Source: the human T2T-CHM13v2.0 reference genome, Homo sapiens
NCBI RefSeq assembly: GCF_009914755.1
Contig: NC_060925.1
Strand: one strand, 5' to 3'
DNA length: 64,000 nt
Positions 23,557 to 37,531 of the stretch are shown piece after piece; the first letter of the stretch is position 1, and every line of letters starts with the position of its first letter. Below the pieces are notes generated by a model. That model had not been told where the DNA came from and did no database searches. It saw only the letters and a list, made by a program, of their open reading frames with translations. A program made the position numbers and the translations under genes.

Positions 23557-24609
23557 GGAAAATAAGTTAGATGCCATGGTAACTTTTGATTCAGTCTTTA
23601 GGAGGAGCTATTTTAATTAAAAATAAAGTCTTTCAGAATAGTCTTTTAGTAAGTAATATGGCAAACTCTGTTATCTATTTCTAGGACAGTGCAGTTTGCA
23701 TGACAATTATTGAACTCCCCAGGCCCAGTGATGTTTGTGTGCTTAGTGAATGCCTCTAACTTGACAAATATATTTTAAATAAAACAAATTTTGATTTTGG
23801 AACTTGGTGCCAGAAGACATCATTGAAGGTGGAAACATATGGCTATGACTGGAGTCTGGTTCAGGGCCCTGAAGTTTTAAAATCCTAATGCTTCCTGCAG
23901 AAATGGAGCTCTGAGAAGGGAAATGAAAGAATTATCCTTTCTTGATACCCCAGAGTACTGCACTATCAAGTGCATTATGGTGGTTTTATACATTCTCAAG
24001 AGGGTCATTAGTCTATTTCTCTACAACAATTTTTATGTTTTTTAATGTACATCAGTGTGGAAGGAATATCTAACTAAATTATTTATAAGGACCATAAAAG
24101 ATTGCTTTTCCTCTTAAAATTGTGTTATGAAAATGAGTCTTCACATAGCTTTATTGCTGATGTGTTTTCAAGATTTTTTCTTTTTGTGAAAAATATATTT
24201 TCTTTTAAAAGTATTAGCCATTTTACTTGTCTTTTCTCATTAATGAAAAGAAAGCCATTGTTAAAGGTCAATTGAGAAGAGAGCAAACTCCCAAATTATC
24301 TCCAGACATGATGAATTTAACCCTAAAGCTACCTACAAAATCCAGTATCAACTACAACAGAAAGGGTTTTCCTATTCACAACTGAAGACGACTTTCTGTA
24401 GCTATAATCTAAGATAATTATTAAAAAAGTTTTAAAATTCTAAATTGGCAGTAAACCAATCGTAAAAGACCTCTCACTATTCCCTTTCTAGCTCTGCCTA
24501 AAATGCTTATTTTAGTCCCCTAAAATAAGCACATTGTATCCCCTAAGGAATTTATGCTGTGATTTTTTGTGACTTACTGTGCTACCCATTGATAACACAT
24601 ACAGATATG

Positions 24610-24950
24610 TATCTGCTAGGAGCGCCAAGTTATACTGTAGTAACAAACAATCTTTAATTCTCATTGGTTAAATACATCAAAGTTTATTTCTCTCCCAATG
24701 CAGGGCAGCATAGAGCTCTGCTCATTGTAGTTACTCAGAGACCCAGACTAGGAAGGTTCGATCTCAACCATGTGGCAGGAAGAAGGAAATGTGGTGAATT
24801 TGGCATTAGCTATTAAATCTTGCAGCTGAAAGGGATGCATTTTACTTCCCCTCACATTTCACTGGACGGAGCAAGTAATAAGGTTATGCCTAAATTTGAA
24901 AGGGTCAGGAAAATGAGAAATATGGTGAATGGTCTTAATGACTGTGATAA
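24610..24950 (-). mobile_element. Old MLT1 (K/L-like) LTR fragment
   Basis: tatactgtagtaacaaacaa, aaagtttatttctc, ctctgctcattgtagttactcagagaccca. Confidence 0.55.
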
Positions 24951-25081
24951 CATATTATCTATATATGCATGTGTGTGTATAAGCATGAATCTGTGATGGA
25001 AAGCAAGCTGGCTTAGGTAAGATAGAGCTAGGATTATGATGGAAGGAAACTGCCGACAAATTCCATGGGTTGTAGAGATTA

Positions 25082-25988
25082 AATATTTTAAAATAATTTT
25101 TGATTTACAGAAAAATATGAGGATATTACAGAGTTCCTGTATACTCTACATTTAATTTCCTATTATTACATTTATATTAGTATAGCAACTAATAATCAAA
25201 TACTGAAATGCTATTTTTAACTAAAGTCTATACTTTATTCAGATTTCCTTAGTTTTTACCTAATGTTCTTTTTCTGTTCCAGGATCCCATATTGCATTTA
25301 GTAGCTATGTCTCCTTAGGCCCCTCTTGACTGTGACAGCTTCTCACCATTTGCTTGTTTTTGATGACCTTCACAGTTTTAAGGAACACTGGTCAGGCTTT
25401 TATGGAATGTCCTTCAAATGGATTTTGTCTGATGTTTTCTCAAGCCTAGACTGGAGTTATGGGTTTTGGGAAAGGTGATCACAGAGGTAAAGTGCCATTT
25501 TCATCATATAGCATCAAGGAAAATAATATCAACATGATTTATCACTATTGTTATTGACCTCGATGACCTGGTTGAGGTAGTGTTTCTCGTTTCTACACTG
25601 CAATCTTTCTCTTCTTTCTATTTTTTCATATTGTACCTTTGAAAAGAGTCACAATGAGCAGCCCACCCTTATGGAGTGGAGAGTCATGCTCTATTTCCTT
25701 GATGAGTGTGTATCTATATTATCTATATAAATTATTCAGAATTCTTCTGCATGAAAGATTTGTCTTCTTCTATGTATTTGTTTATTTCTTATTTATTTGA
25801 CATTTATTTATAGTAATATAGACTCATGTATATTTATTTTATGCTTTGGGTTATAATCCAATGCTACTTAATTTTTGTTTTCTCAAATAGTTCCACCTTT
25901 GGCCACTGGGAGCTCCTGTGTCTCCATAAGATACCCCATCAGCATTTATTTATTTTATTTATTTAACATTTTCTTACTTTCTGCTACA
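25082..25988 (-). mobile_element. L1M (L1MA/MB-type) 3' fragment with 13-bp TSD
   Basis: L1M 3' UTR motifs (ttctgttccaggatccca, ggagttatgggttttgg); gttgtagagatta at 25069-25081 and 25989-26001. Confidence 0.8.
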
Positions 25989-28900
25989 GTTGTAGAGATT
26001 ATGCCTCTAAAAGTTGAGTTCATGGTCCGAATGAGCCATCTGTTAAAATAATTTCAATAATTTCATATATGTTCCTTTTCACTTTGTTGCCTGGTCTTTG
26101 CTAAGAAATATAGGAAGGTGTCAAAACGCCTGTCAGATAAATGGATCCATTAAAACTGGCACTGACTTGAAGTGCAATGAACAACAAAATTCCTTTTTCT
26201 ACAAGAGATTACAAAGTCCAAAAGGGAAAAAATTGCTAAGGGCTAGGTTGGCTAAATCAGTTGTTTCTGCCCTAGAGAGACTATCTTCTTTCTAGCTGTA
26301 GTAGCTGTAGGAATAACAACCCAATGGGCTCCTTCATTGTCTAGCATAGTTGCAGGAAAAGGGAACCTAACCTGCATTAAGATATTGAGTGTCCTGATGA
26401 CATTTTCTTTTTAAAATACAGCATCTATTTAAAATTTAGCTTCTGTGTAAGGTACAACAGTTGTGTAATTAAGTAGCTTATTTATTATAGTGGTAATCAT
26501 TTATATTTTTGCTCTGGAAGGCTAAGGTTTAAACAAAAATCATTCCACCATTCTTGCCCTATGGTACTAGCAGACTGTAATCTCTGACTCTTTCTCTTGC
26601 TTTTTCTGTTACAAAGGAAGCAATTGCTAAAGCTGTTCATAAATGAAAGGCTTTTTATTAAGCATTCACTTAAATTGTGATTTGGTTTTGTTGCCATAGC
26701 ATGGACTGTCACTATCAGCTCGGGCCATAAAGACTTTGGATAACTGGTAGACAGTAATCATCACCAATCTGGGCTACATGTTTTAATTGTCAGTTCAGGC
26801 CTAGAGAACTCCAACTTGCTTCACATCTGCCAGCAGATATCCTTAGGCATGGGAATATCACTGCTATTGGAATATATCAGTTTTTTTTTTTGTTGAAAAA
26901 TATTAGAAGTATACCAAAGGGACATGAGGTAAAGTGACTTTTATTTTAACTGGGATAAAGGACATTGGATAGAAACATGATGAATGGTCAAAAACAGTTG
27001 GATTCCTTGTTTACAGGCAAAGTAGTTCAGAACTACTTCACACTGGAGAGTACTCTTGGAATTGGGTGAGAAGGGACATGGGCCAAGAATAGACTCTCAG
27101 GCCTGCAAGTGAACATTTCTAGAGAGATTTATTCTTCCGTGTGTGCTGTAGAAAAGTGAAGGGAATGTGGCAGAACATGCGATATCAGTTGGTTTCTTCC
27201 ATAGCTGAATCCCACATCATTAAGGGCCGGCCTTGAAAATGAAACAGCACTTTAAATTGGTTGCTAAGTTGTGCTTGTAACTAGCAGAGAGAACAAAGGT
27301 TTTGGGCAAACGTGTTCTTGGCGGCCTATGCTACCTTGTAAGAGGGTTGATGTTTTCTACATTGTATAAAAATTATCTGTGACCGCCTGTGCCATATGCC
27401 ATTCCCAATCCCCTCAGCACTAGGAACACTTTAGCCGCTACAAAAGACCTCTTTACTACCACTGGAATTCAAAAGACTTGAAAGGCCTCCAGGAGGCACT
27501 GTAGAGAGAGAATTTGCAGTTAGAATTAAATACCTTTTAGTTGAGGAGAACCAGTTTCACACTAGTCTCTGAACTTGGAAATCTTAGCATTTTTTCCCCT
27601 GGGAGATGGGGTGTTGAAATCAGATTGCTGAAGCTGTGTCACATGAATGAGAGCTTAAAAAAAGATTAAAGAAGTTTAAGGCAAAGTTCAGATATATCTT
27701 TACTATCTTCCCCAGCACATTGACACAAAGGATTAAATACAGTTTAGCAGAAAAGTGGAAAAATGATTTTAATAGAATATGGTCAGAATTTGGAATCTCA
27801 AGGATTGTTATCTATATTTCTAGAAGTAGAATATTCTCCATAAAATTGAGAAGTCATTGAAGTTATGTTCTTCTGTAATGACATTCAGAAAAATCCCTAT
27901 TTATTTTGACCTGAGAGAAGGAGCTGGAAAAAAAAAATGTCTCCTAGTAACCAATAGTTTATTTCACTTTCTTCCTGACTCACGATCATACCTGATTTAT
28001 TGTTACATCTGCCAGTGGCTGAGGATGTTAAAGATCCCAAACTATGCTTGAAGTCTCTTTACAATCAACACAAACTTTATATAAAATAAGTATTTCTCAC
28101 TGATGTTAGTACAACTGGGCTGGAAAAAAAAAACTACTGGAAGGGAAAACGCTTAATACCTTATATATGTACAATCAAGGATTTAAATGAGTTTGCTTTC
28201 TTGGCACTTACTTTTCGAAATTAAATTAAGACTGAGATAACACTTTAAGACACTGTACTTTGATAGTACTTGGTAGAGGGAAAAAAGGTCCCACAAGTGC
28301 CTAACTTGAAGAGCCCCACGAGATTCTGAGAACTATACTTTTTGAATACTTCAACATACTAGTGTCTTTTCGGTACTCAATTAGCATAATTTGACACAAT
28401 TATAGGTATAAACATTTTATAGGCACTTGGTAGCAAGAGTGTTAAAAAAGGGTTGATCTCCATTCGCTTCTACTGGCAACATTCACCTAGTTCTAGAATG
28501 ACACTTGAATGAGCACTGAAATATGCTCCATACTGTTAATAAAATTCAAAGCATATTTCATCTTGACACCATATCACAAGTTTGACACTGCGGTTCCTCT
28601 CTGAGGAATTTTGAGTCATGGAGACATCCCCTTGCTACATCCCCATCTCAACTAGATGATAATTTGATTCAGACTATTTCAATACATGCCAATATGTATA
28701 TCTTCCCTGCAAAATGGAGTCATACCCACAGAGAAAAAAAGATAGAACTAACAGGTCAACATCATTTTTGTGAAGCGGTACCTCAGTGGTTTAAAAAAAA
28801 TACTTAAGTATGACTTTTACCAATTCTCATTTTTATCATGCTTCATCAACAGGTCCTTTAAGAATATGAAATTGAATGAAAAAAAGAAATTGTGACTTTT

Positions 28901-31597
28901 AACTGTCTTGATGAGGTTCAATTTTTAATGAAATGCTTTTCAAAATTTCAGTAATAAAGGAGGTGGTTTAAACAGCTGTAAACCATTTCCAAATCCCACA
29001 GCATGGAAATTTATGGATATCAACAACTTCATACAAGTGTTTTTGGTTTGATTTGTTTTCTAAATAACTAGACCTTATTGTGTGTGTACTATCTAAAATA
29101 TTTGAAAAGAAAAAAATAAGAAATGTAGGAGAAAGAAACTCAAACATTAGAAGAAAAGGATAGAAATGGTGAGATATGACATTTCTTCCGTTATATTTTC
29201 CCTCATTGTTAATCATTATTTTCAGCTTTCTCAGAATTAAGATGATATCCATTTGGTTTGGTGCTATTTTTACCAGTTCTGATTAAAATTTATGCCCAAT
29301 AAAAATAATCTGATTCATCTTAATACTATTGAAAATGGAAAATAAGCCCCATCTCAGTTAACAGTAATTTTTTGGGGGTCAATCTAATTAACCACACTAG
29401 TCATTTTCATTTTTCAATGCTAGTTTCTGATTAGAAATTGATTTTTAGAGATGCGTTTTCTTAAATCTCCTATGTACAATCATTTTGCCAGGTCTAAGGT
29501 TTTTTTTTCTTGATTTTAAATATGTATCAATCAATCTGATACTTATAATAATAGTATTATGATAGAGATTTTTAAAATTTAATACCTCTAAAAGTAAGAA
29601 GGGTGAATTAATGTGAATAATATTCACTTATATCTGAAAACTTATATACAATTTTTGCCATATTTTGACATGTTATTTCAGTTGATATTCACAATAACCC
29701 TTATAAGTAGGGAAAACAAGTCTCAGAGTAAATTGAAATATTCTTTAATAATTAGGAACTAAATACTCTTGTAATTCTGACCACATTATTGAATTGTATC
29801 ACACATTTATGTATATCTTCTAAGGTTGGCACAATTATTCTCCCCATTTTGTGGAGGAAAAACCTGAGGCTTCTAGTAGTTGGGTAATTTGATTAAGATC
29901 ATGAGTTGGTGAGTGTCAGAGTTTGAATTTGAACTCAATTCTCTTTGCTTCCAGAGTTCAAGGTTTCAACCTTTAACCTGTGTTGTTTGAAAGCAGTTCA
30001 TCCCACTCTCATTTTTTAGATAAACTAAGTTTCAGAGGAGCTAAGCGTTTGGGAGCAAATTTCCCAGTCATTTAAAAGTAAAACGAAGGGCCTGGGCTTG
30101 GTGTTAGCAATCCTATAGTACTGAATTTCTGTGGCTACATTGTTCTCTCAGTTGTGCAGTTCTATATATGGGTCACTGCATAGGTGAAGTAGTTACTTAA
30201 CTCAAATGCATTTGATAATTAATGGCAACTAAAGGTGATTTCTTACCTGTGTTTCATGAATGAGATGTTTCAGAGCTGACGCTAGTATGGATTTATTCTC
30301 TAGCTCAGATGGGATTTAAGCTTGCAGTGATCACTAAGTTGTATGGATCAAATCATACTTTCTAAATGCCATTCCCCCTTGATGTGCTATCCCTTTACCT
30401 ACACTGATCAATGGGCTTCTGGTTATAAAGATAGGATTGGAAGTGGTTTCTTTGATTTCCCTTGATGATTTCAAAGGCATGAAAGGATACCGCCCCTTTT
30501 GTGGGCCCCCGGGCTAAGGGTGAGGGGATGGTGCACATTGAGATAGCCAGCCAAGGCCAATCCTGACCTTTCTTTGCTGTTCCTTGAATAAGATTTTGAA
30601 ACAGAAAGAGACAAAGAGGGAAGGACACACTGTAGAACAATATAGCTTTTAACATTTATGTCGCGCTTTAGGAAGATCACAGGGGAGCTAAAGCTGAGGG
30701 AGGAATGGTGACAGTGATCCTTTCAGAGTGAAAGGTGGCAAAAGTGGAGAATACAGAAGGGAAGACTGCAAGATGGGATGAGATGCCAACAAGATTATAT
30801 AGTTCAGTGAGGTCCTCCAAATGATTTTTTCCCCATCTCCATGTTTTCTTGTTTGTTTTCCTGGAAGAAAGTACATGACAGCACAGAACTAGCTTTGGGG
30901 CATTAGTTGCTCCACAATGAGCCCATTCTCAAAGGATAATTTTTGCAACTAAAAAGTTTATATCAATGACTTTAAAACAGATGGTGGGCCAGAATGACTG
31001 ACTTAGAGTGCTAGTGATTTTTATTGAATGATTGATTGGAGTCCTTTTTGGAATTCTATTAAGTGCATTGAATTTTTCCCGACGAAAATGAAGACATGCC
31101 TGTACCCCATTTTTTAAACATATAATGTTAGACTTACAGGATCCTTGAACTCCTGGTTAAAGAATGCTTAGTTCAGGCAGTCACACCAGACTTCATAAGG
31201 AGAGCAGAGAGAGTGTGAGAAGATGGGTAAGTTTGAGATAGGGAGAAAGATTAAACATGAGACATGAACAAAGTACTCAATGCGATTGATGAAATAGAAT
31301 GGATGATTGAGCTAAGAGAGTTTTTCCTCCAGCTTTCAGCCTCTCTCTCTCTTCATTGTTCCACTACTTAAAGATTCAGTCGCCTTGGTAAAGATTTGTG
31401 CCCTTCGTCACCCACTTTCTTTTCCTTGCCTTATTCACCTCTGAAGATTGAAACTCTGCTAGGAACTAGCAGTCAGACTGGAAATGCCGCCAAGCCTAAT
31501 AGCTATGTATGTCAGCCGCAGCAATAAAATGGTTACAGCAACCCTATGTTTCTGGGAAATGTGTACTCAGCTTTAACTCAACAGCCCATCTTTTAGG

Positions 31598-31762
31598 CCA
31601 GTGCTTCTGGAGCTGCAATGCATATTTGTCTCCCCTGGGGATATTGGTAAAATGAAGACTCTGGTTCTGGAGGTCTAGGGTGAGCTGGGGTCTGCGTTGC
31701 TAACAAGTTCCCAGGTGATGCTGCTGCTGCTGTTCCATGGGCCACGCTATGAACAACAAGGT
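31598..31762. mobile_element. MER5A-like fragment
   Basis: ggaggtctaggg...ctaacaagttcccaggtgatgctgctgctgctg. Confidence 0.65.
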
Positions 31763-32239
31763 TATGGTTTTCCTAGGAAGCTAGCACAACTGTCTTCATA
31801 ACTGTGGGTTAATTTTTTTATGTATGTCAAATATTCTGTTTACTTTCCCCCAAAATGCTAATTTCTAAATGTGATACCATAAAAGAAGATTTTGAAGCAA
31901 ACAAGGAAGTTGAAGATCATCTTTTAAAAATCTGAATTTTTCAGAGTATTGAAAAATCAGCTCTTTGATCTAATTCAATTGAGGCTGACAACATATCCTG
32001 GGGCACTGGCTGGGGAGTAAGAGTAATATAGATACCTGTCTCTCTCCACATGAATCTCAACCAGAAATACCTAGAGGAAGCTTACTCTACTTCCATAACA
32101 ATATATAATTTATACACATACACACACATTACACACATGCAATTGTATGTAAAGGCTAAGTAAATTTTACAACAAGATGGAAACTCTTTTCTCATACACA
32201 TTTCAAGAAGTAAAGTAAAAACTTGCTGTGTTTCATTGG

Positions 32240-32845
32240 TTTTATACACTTACTGCTTCATATTTTAACATCCCTGAGTTAGGATGTGACTAAATTCGAT
32301 AGAGTTTTGCAATTGCTGTTGATCAGATGGCAGCAGTAAGAAAGGTGTCATTGCGTGTACATGTGTGTACAATTGTTATTCTTGGTGGCATGACCGGACA
32401 ATGGCAGCCTCTTCACATTTCAGCCAAAACCATCGGGACTATCTGAAGAAGAAATACGAGTACAGAATGGGTGTCAGTAGCTTAAAAGAAAATCATGGGG
32501 ACAATTTTAAGGAATGCTGCATCACCAATGCTCTTGATGGCAGAGAGGTTAACATTAGTGTAATGTGTTCTCTGTGGCTCTGAGATGAAACATAGCACAG
32601 GAAGGTTGGATTCTACACATGCAGAAGTGTTTAAAGTATTAGTTCATATATATTTTGCTTATATTTTCCTTTTAACTTGTGAATAATAGTAATGATAAAA
32701 ATCCATGTGTAAATGAGACTGAAAGAACTCTTTTACTAAGTATGAAATAAAAATATTAAGTAGCAAGAAAACATCACTAGGAAATCAAAACATAATGCTG
32801 GTGCATCTTACAATTAGTGGCAGCTTAATTTGATGAAATACTTCA
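32240..32845 (+). mobile_element. Tc2/pogo-type DNA transposon remnant (Kanga-like)
   Basis: Degraded DDE transposase motifs: ggtggcatgaccggacaatggcagcctctt (GGMTGQWQPL) and FKECCITNALDG. Confidence 0.6.
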
Positions 32846-33469
32846 TTTTCAAATTTGCATGTTGGGGAAATAAAGTTATATCATACAACTGCAGATAATA
32901 GAATCAAAAGCAAATCCAAGAAATTACCTTCACTTAGTGTGTGTCTAAATCAACCACGACACATCAGGCCCAAGGAAACAATGGAGAATAGTGAGTGTTG
33001 CTATAAATTAGAAAATCCAGGTAGTAGATTTGTTTTTGATACTGAGCATATGTGTGACCTTGTGTGAGTCATTTTAACTCTGTGAGTCTCAGTTTTCTAA
33101 CTTACAAAGTTTGTCTTAGATAATCTCCAACACACCTTCAAGCTCTTGGTTTATGTACACTAAAAAAATGTAATAAATAAAAGGTTACTCTTACCCACTA
33201 TCTATTGTTTTATTCCCTTCACTATATTGAAATTTTTCCTGATGAGGAACTGATTTTACTTACATTTTAGCTTGTATTGAGCCAGGGTTCATTTAGCTAA
33301 AATCTATTTAGCTCCTAGTCGGATATGGAGAGCAACTGGTCAGTCTCTTCCTAGCAATTCTGTAGATTCTTGGAAATCTGTAATGTATAGATTTCAAGGC
33401 TTTCTCTTTTCTAGAGAAAATAAACCTATTTTTCGAATACGTCCAAAAATAAGAAGCTTGCAATCCTGT

Positions 33470-33956
33470 AACAACTTCTATTATATAAACTCACCATTTG
33501 GTTTTTTGACTGTCCAACAACCCTTCCTCTTTCCAAACAGTGCCCTGATTTCTTTTGACGAATAACTTATCTAACTCTGTGTAGTCTTACTGGGGCTATA
33601 AATCAAGGTTTCTGCATGCCCTTAGCCCCAAATGGACAGGTTTCTCAGACAAAAGTAATCACATTTTGTTATTTTAGGGAACTCAGAATCCAGAGCCAAG
33701 TGTTACAAGAATGAAAAAGACAATTGAGTTTACTCACTCCTGTGAAATGTCCTGAAGGTGGTCAAGGTGGTCCTGTGGCCTCGACGTCCATAGCTTGTCT
33801 GGTCCTTCGTTTGATGCTGATTTGCCTCCAAGCCTGGCTTTCAGCCTCAGTTCCATTTTGAGCTCCCCAAACTTGCCCTGTTGAATTCTCTTTTTCATTT
33901 AAGTTAACCAGAAATTCATTTCTGATGCTTACAATCAAGGAAGCCTAACGAGTACA
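33470..33956 (+). mobile_element. Old MaLR/ERVL LTR fragment
   Basis: 3' end ttaagttaaccaga...tttctgatgcttacaatcaaggaagcctaacgagtaca. Confidence 0.5.
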
Positions 33957-36900
33957 GGGACAGAATTTGCGTGGGGAGTTCCAGGACTCCAATATTAAAC
34001 TGAATTCACCACTCCCATCAGCGTCTTGATGCACGAACTGTGGAGAGGGTGGAGGGAATCGTTCAGAATTCCAGCATCTCATGGCATACCACCTGAAAAC
34101 AGTTCAAATGTCTCCACTGGTGTCAAATAGATATAATATAAAACTAAAAAGTCTCCACATACTGTCTTTGCTTTTACTTTGGATTCCCCAAAGCCTTTTA
34201 GTCAGTGTGATGGAGTTTGGTTTTGATTCAAATTACATCTCCAAATAGAATTTTGAAATGCAGTTTTTCTATCTATCCTCTGTCCATAATTAAAAGTAAT
34301 TGAGTCCCTTCCTTGACTGATCACCAAATGTAGTGTACAAAAAATATCCAAGAAAGAAAACCACTAAAAGACTGCTTTATTCTATTTGAACGTCTCTTCA
34401 CACAAGGAAAGAATATAAACTGGGTATTTCTTTTGTGCTACCATCGTTCTATTCATTGTTGTAACATTTTGCTAATTTTCCACAAGCCAAACTGCCGTTT
34501 CTTTGGAAACCCATTACCTTGCTGATACCATGCCAGATTTTAGAAACTATTCACTATTGAAATGAAAAGAAATATGATGGCAAAAAAAAAAAAAAAACAC
34601 TTAGAGAAAGCAACTCCTGGCTCCCCAAGTTACCCCTCTTGGAAACACATGCTCTGAAGGATCTCAGAGGCCTTTTCATGTTGTCCTCACCTCCTCCCCT
34701 GCCACTTCCAAATGGCTCTCACTTGGCTTTCTCTTTTGCCACTTCCAGTTCACAAGAAACATTCCTGTATGTATTTAGGATAGCAGTTCAAAGTTTGAGC
34801 CCTAGAATCACATTTCTTGTGTATAAATACTAGATTCATTATTAATGTGATCTTGGGCAAATTAATCAATGTCTCAAAAGTTAAATTTTTCTGCCTGTAA
34901 AATAGAGTCAACCAGAGTACATCGCCTTCTGATTACTAAGAGGCTTGTTTGAGGTAACTGATGTAACACACTTAGCATGCCATCTGGCACTGTATTAGAC
35001 CCTTGATATCAGTTATTTGTTTTGGCTATTTTTTTTTAAGTTACATAATAGACAAATGCAAATACATAATGGAGGTAGAGTTTTGAATGAATCACATGGT
35101 GGACTGCAGAGGACAGGATGTGAAGCATCAAGGTTAGTGGATTTCTTTTGCAGTAGATCTGACATGATGTTTATGTGGTCAGATATCGTAGGTGGAAAGT
35201 AATGATGCAAAAGAAGGGACAAATTAAATAAAGGGCTAACGGAAAAGGCTTGCTGATGATCAGATGAGAGTATCAAAAGGAAGAGTCATTCCTGTATGGT
35301 TGAAGGTGAGGAAGTCAGGAAGGAGATAAGATGCAGGGATAACAGGCAGGCATATTATTTTGTGTAGGAGAGGCATTCACATAGAAATGTCCAGCCAAGA
35401 GGTGGAAAGCTTGGGAAGTGCTGAGCTGAAGTCTGTAGTAAGTCTTTTGTATGAGTAAACAGAGCATGCCACCTTTTTCTGTTCCGTGAGATACATCAGA
35501 ACATTGCGGAGAAGCAGTGGCTTTTGAAAAAACACACAGCCTTATTAAACCTCAGTTTCCCAATCTATAAACCTGATATTGAAAGATCTTTCTGGGCTAC
35601 TTATCAAATGGAATGGAAATGTAAAGTATAAATGTAAGGATTAGCTGTGTTGAAGTGAGAGTTAAAACAGAAAATTGTATAGGATACTATTCTTTACCAG
35701 TTTCTCTATAAAATTTTCATTTTTGTTCTGGATGTTAGAAATATTTAAGATATTATTGGAAAATGCAGACAGCATGTCCAAAAGGCAAGAAAATATATCT
35801 CCTTCCTCACTCTACTCCACAGAGCTGCCAGATTGGATGCAGGGCACACAGATATAACTAAAGTAATTGGCAAACAATAAATGCATAGTCTAACAGCCTA
35901 AGGGTTTTATATGACAAACATAATATAGAAAATAAGATTAACTTCAAAGGAAAAACACACAAAGGGATTTTTTGTCTCTATCAGAAATAAAAACTGTAAG
36001 AGTGAAAATACATAGCACAAAACCTTTGTAATTTGTGTGTTTGTGTGTAAACTATTCTCAATGAAATACAAATATGATGATTAAGCATGTCAGGTTGGAT
36101 TGTGAGCACAGAGTCTAATTGTGCTCACCTAATCATCCATTATATACACAATTTACCAATTTGTACGCTCAACTAGAAAGGCTCCAATATCTTCTAAGTG
36201 TCACTTAAATATCCATCATTTATAAGTTCAGAGTTGTTAATAATAAAAAGGTTCACTTCTCTAGTAGACATACCACTTTACCTTGCTTATATTTTAATGC
36301 AACAAAGTGTTTATAGGTTATTTCTTTCAAACCTCTTTTTAACTTTTTAATTTTTTTAATTAAACATTTTTAATTTCAAACCTCTTTATGCTTTTAATTA
36401 TATACAGCTAAGTTTGCTACTTTTTTTGGCCTACTATAAAGAAAATTCATTTTATTTTATTTTAGCTGATAATGAGTGTGCTGATTCATATTAAATCATT
36501 GTATCCATTCTTGTTTCACAGGCTGTAGAGTTTGGTGTAGCCTTTGAACTCAATTATACTTTAATAGTGTATTTTACCTTTTGATATCTTAATTTATAGA
36601 ATTGCATCTTTCTATTGTGGGGCATTTGAAACTTTGAGAAATAGTTTTATGTTAAAGATTGGATTTGAAAATTTATATTCTTTCCCCAATTTTCCATATC
36701 AAGTATTTATTTTGGTATCTGATCTTTTCTTTGTCTCTAAGGTCATCTGGTGCTGGGTGCATGGCTCTTGGCAGAAAATTTTGGTTGAAGAGATGTGTGC
36801 TAGAATGGTCTTGCAGTTAATTGTACTGACAAATAGAAAATATCTGGAAAGAGACATAAGTTATATTGTTGTCTTTAGAATTTTATACAAGAAGAGCTTT

Positions 36901-36970
36901 CTTTTCCTTTTGCTGCACCCACCTGAAGTATTTCTTTGGGTTTTTTTGTACCTACCCCCACGTAGATGTT

Positions 36971-37270
36971 TGTCTGTTTGTTTTTGAGATGGAGTCTCGC
37001 TCTGTCACCCAGCCTGGAGTGCAGTGGTGTGATCTCAGCTCACTGCAACCTCCGCCTCCCGGTTCAAGCAAACAATTCTCCTGCTTCAGCCTCCTGAGTA
37101 GCTGAGATTGTAGGTGTGCACCACCACGTCCAGCTAATTTTTGTATTTTTAGTAGAGACGGGGTTTCACCATGCTGGCCAGGCTGCTCTTGAACTCCTGA
37201 CCTCAGGTGATCTGCCCGCCTGAGCCTCCCAAAGTGCTGGGATTACAGGCATGAGCCCCTGCACCCAGCC
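36971..37270 (-). mobile_element. AluS element
   Basis: Complete dimeric Alu with tcctgacctcaggtgatc; short flanking repeat agatgtt. Confidence 0.95.
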
Positions 37271-37531
37271 CAGATGTTGACAGCAGGGTGGTTAAGAGTT
37301 GGGCCCTGAGCTCAGGACTTTGGGTTCAAGTACCAGGTTTGCTAATCACTAGCTAGGGGACATTGAGCATATTTTCTAATCTGTGTAAGCTTCAAATTTT
37401 TTGCTAAAGTATATTTTAAAATAACAATCCTTTAATGGGTTGCTAATGTTTGTCTTATAATTGATATGATGCACTTAAAAATAGTAAACAAATGTTTGTT
37501 ACTATTAAAATTTTTAGAGTTTCCATTTCTC

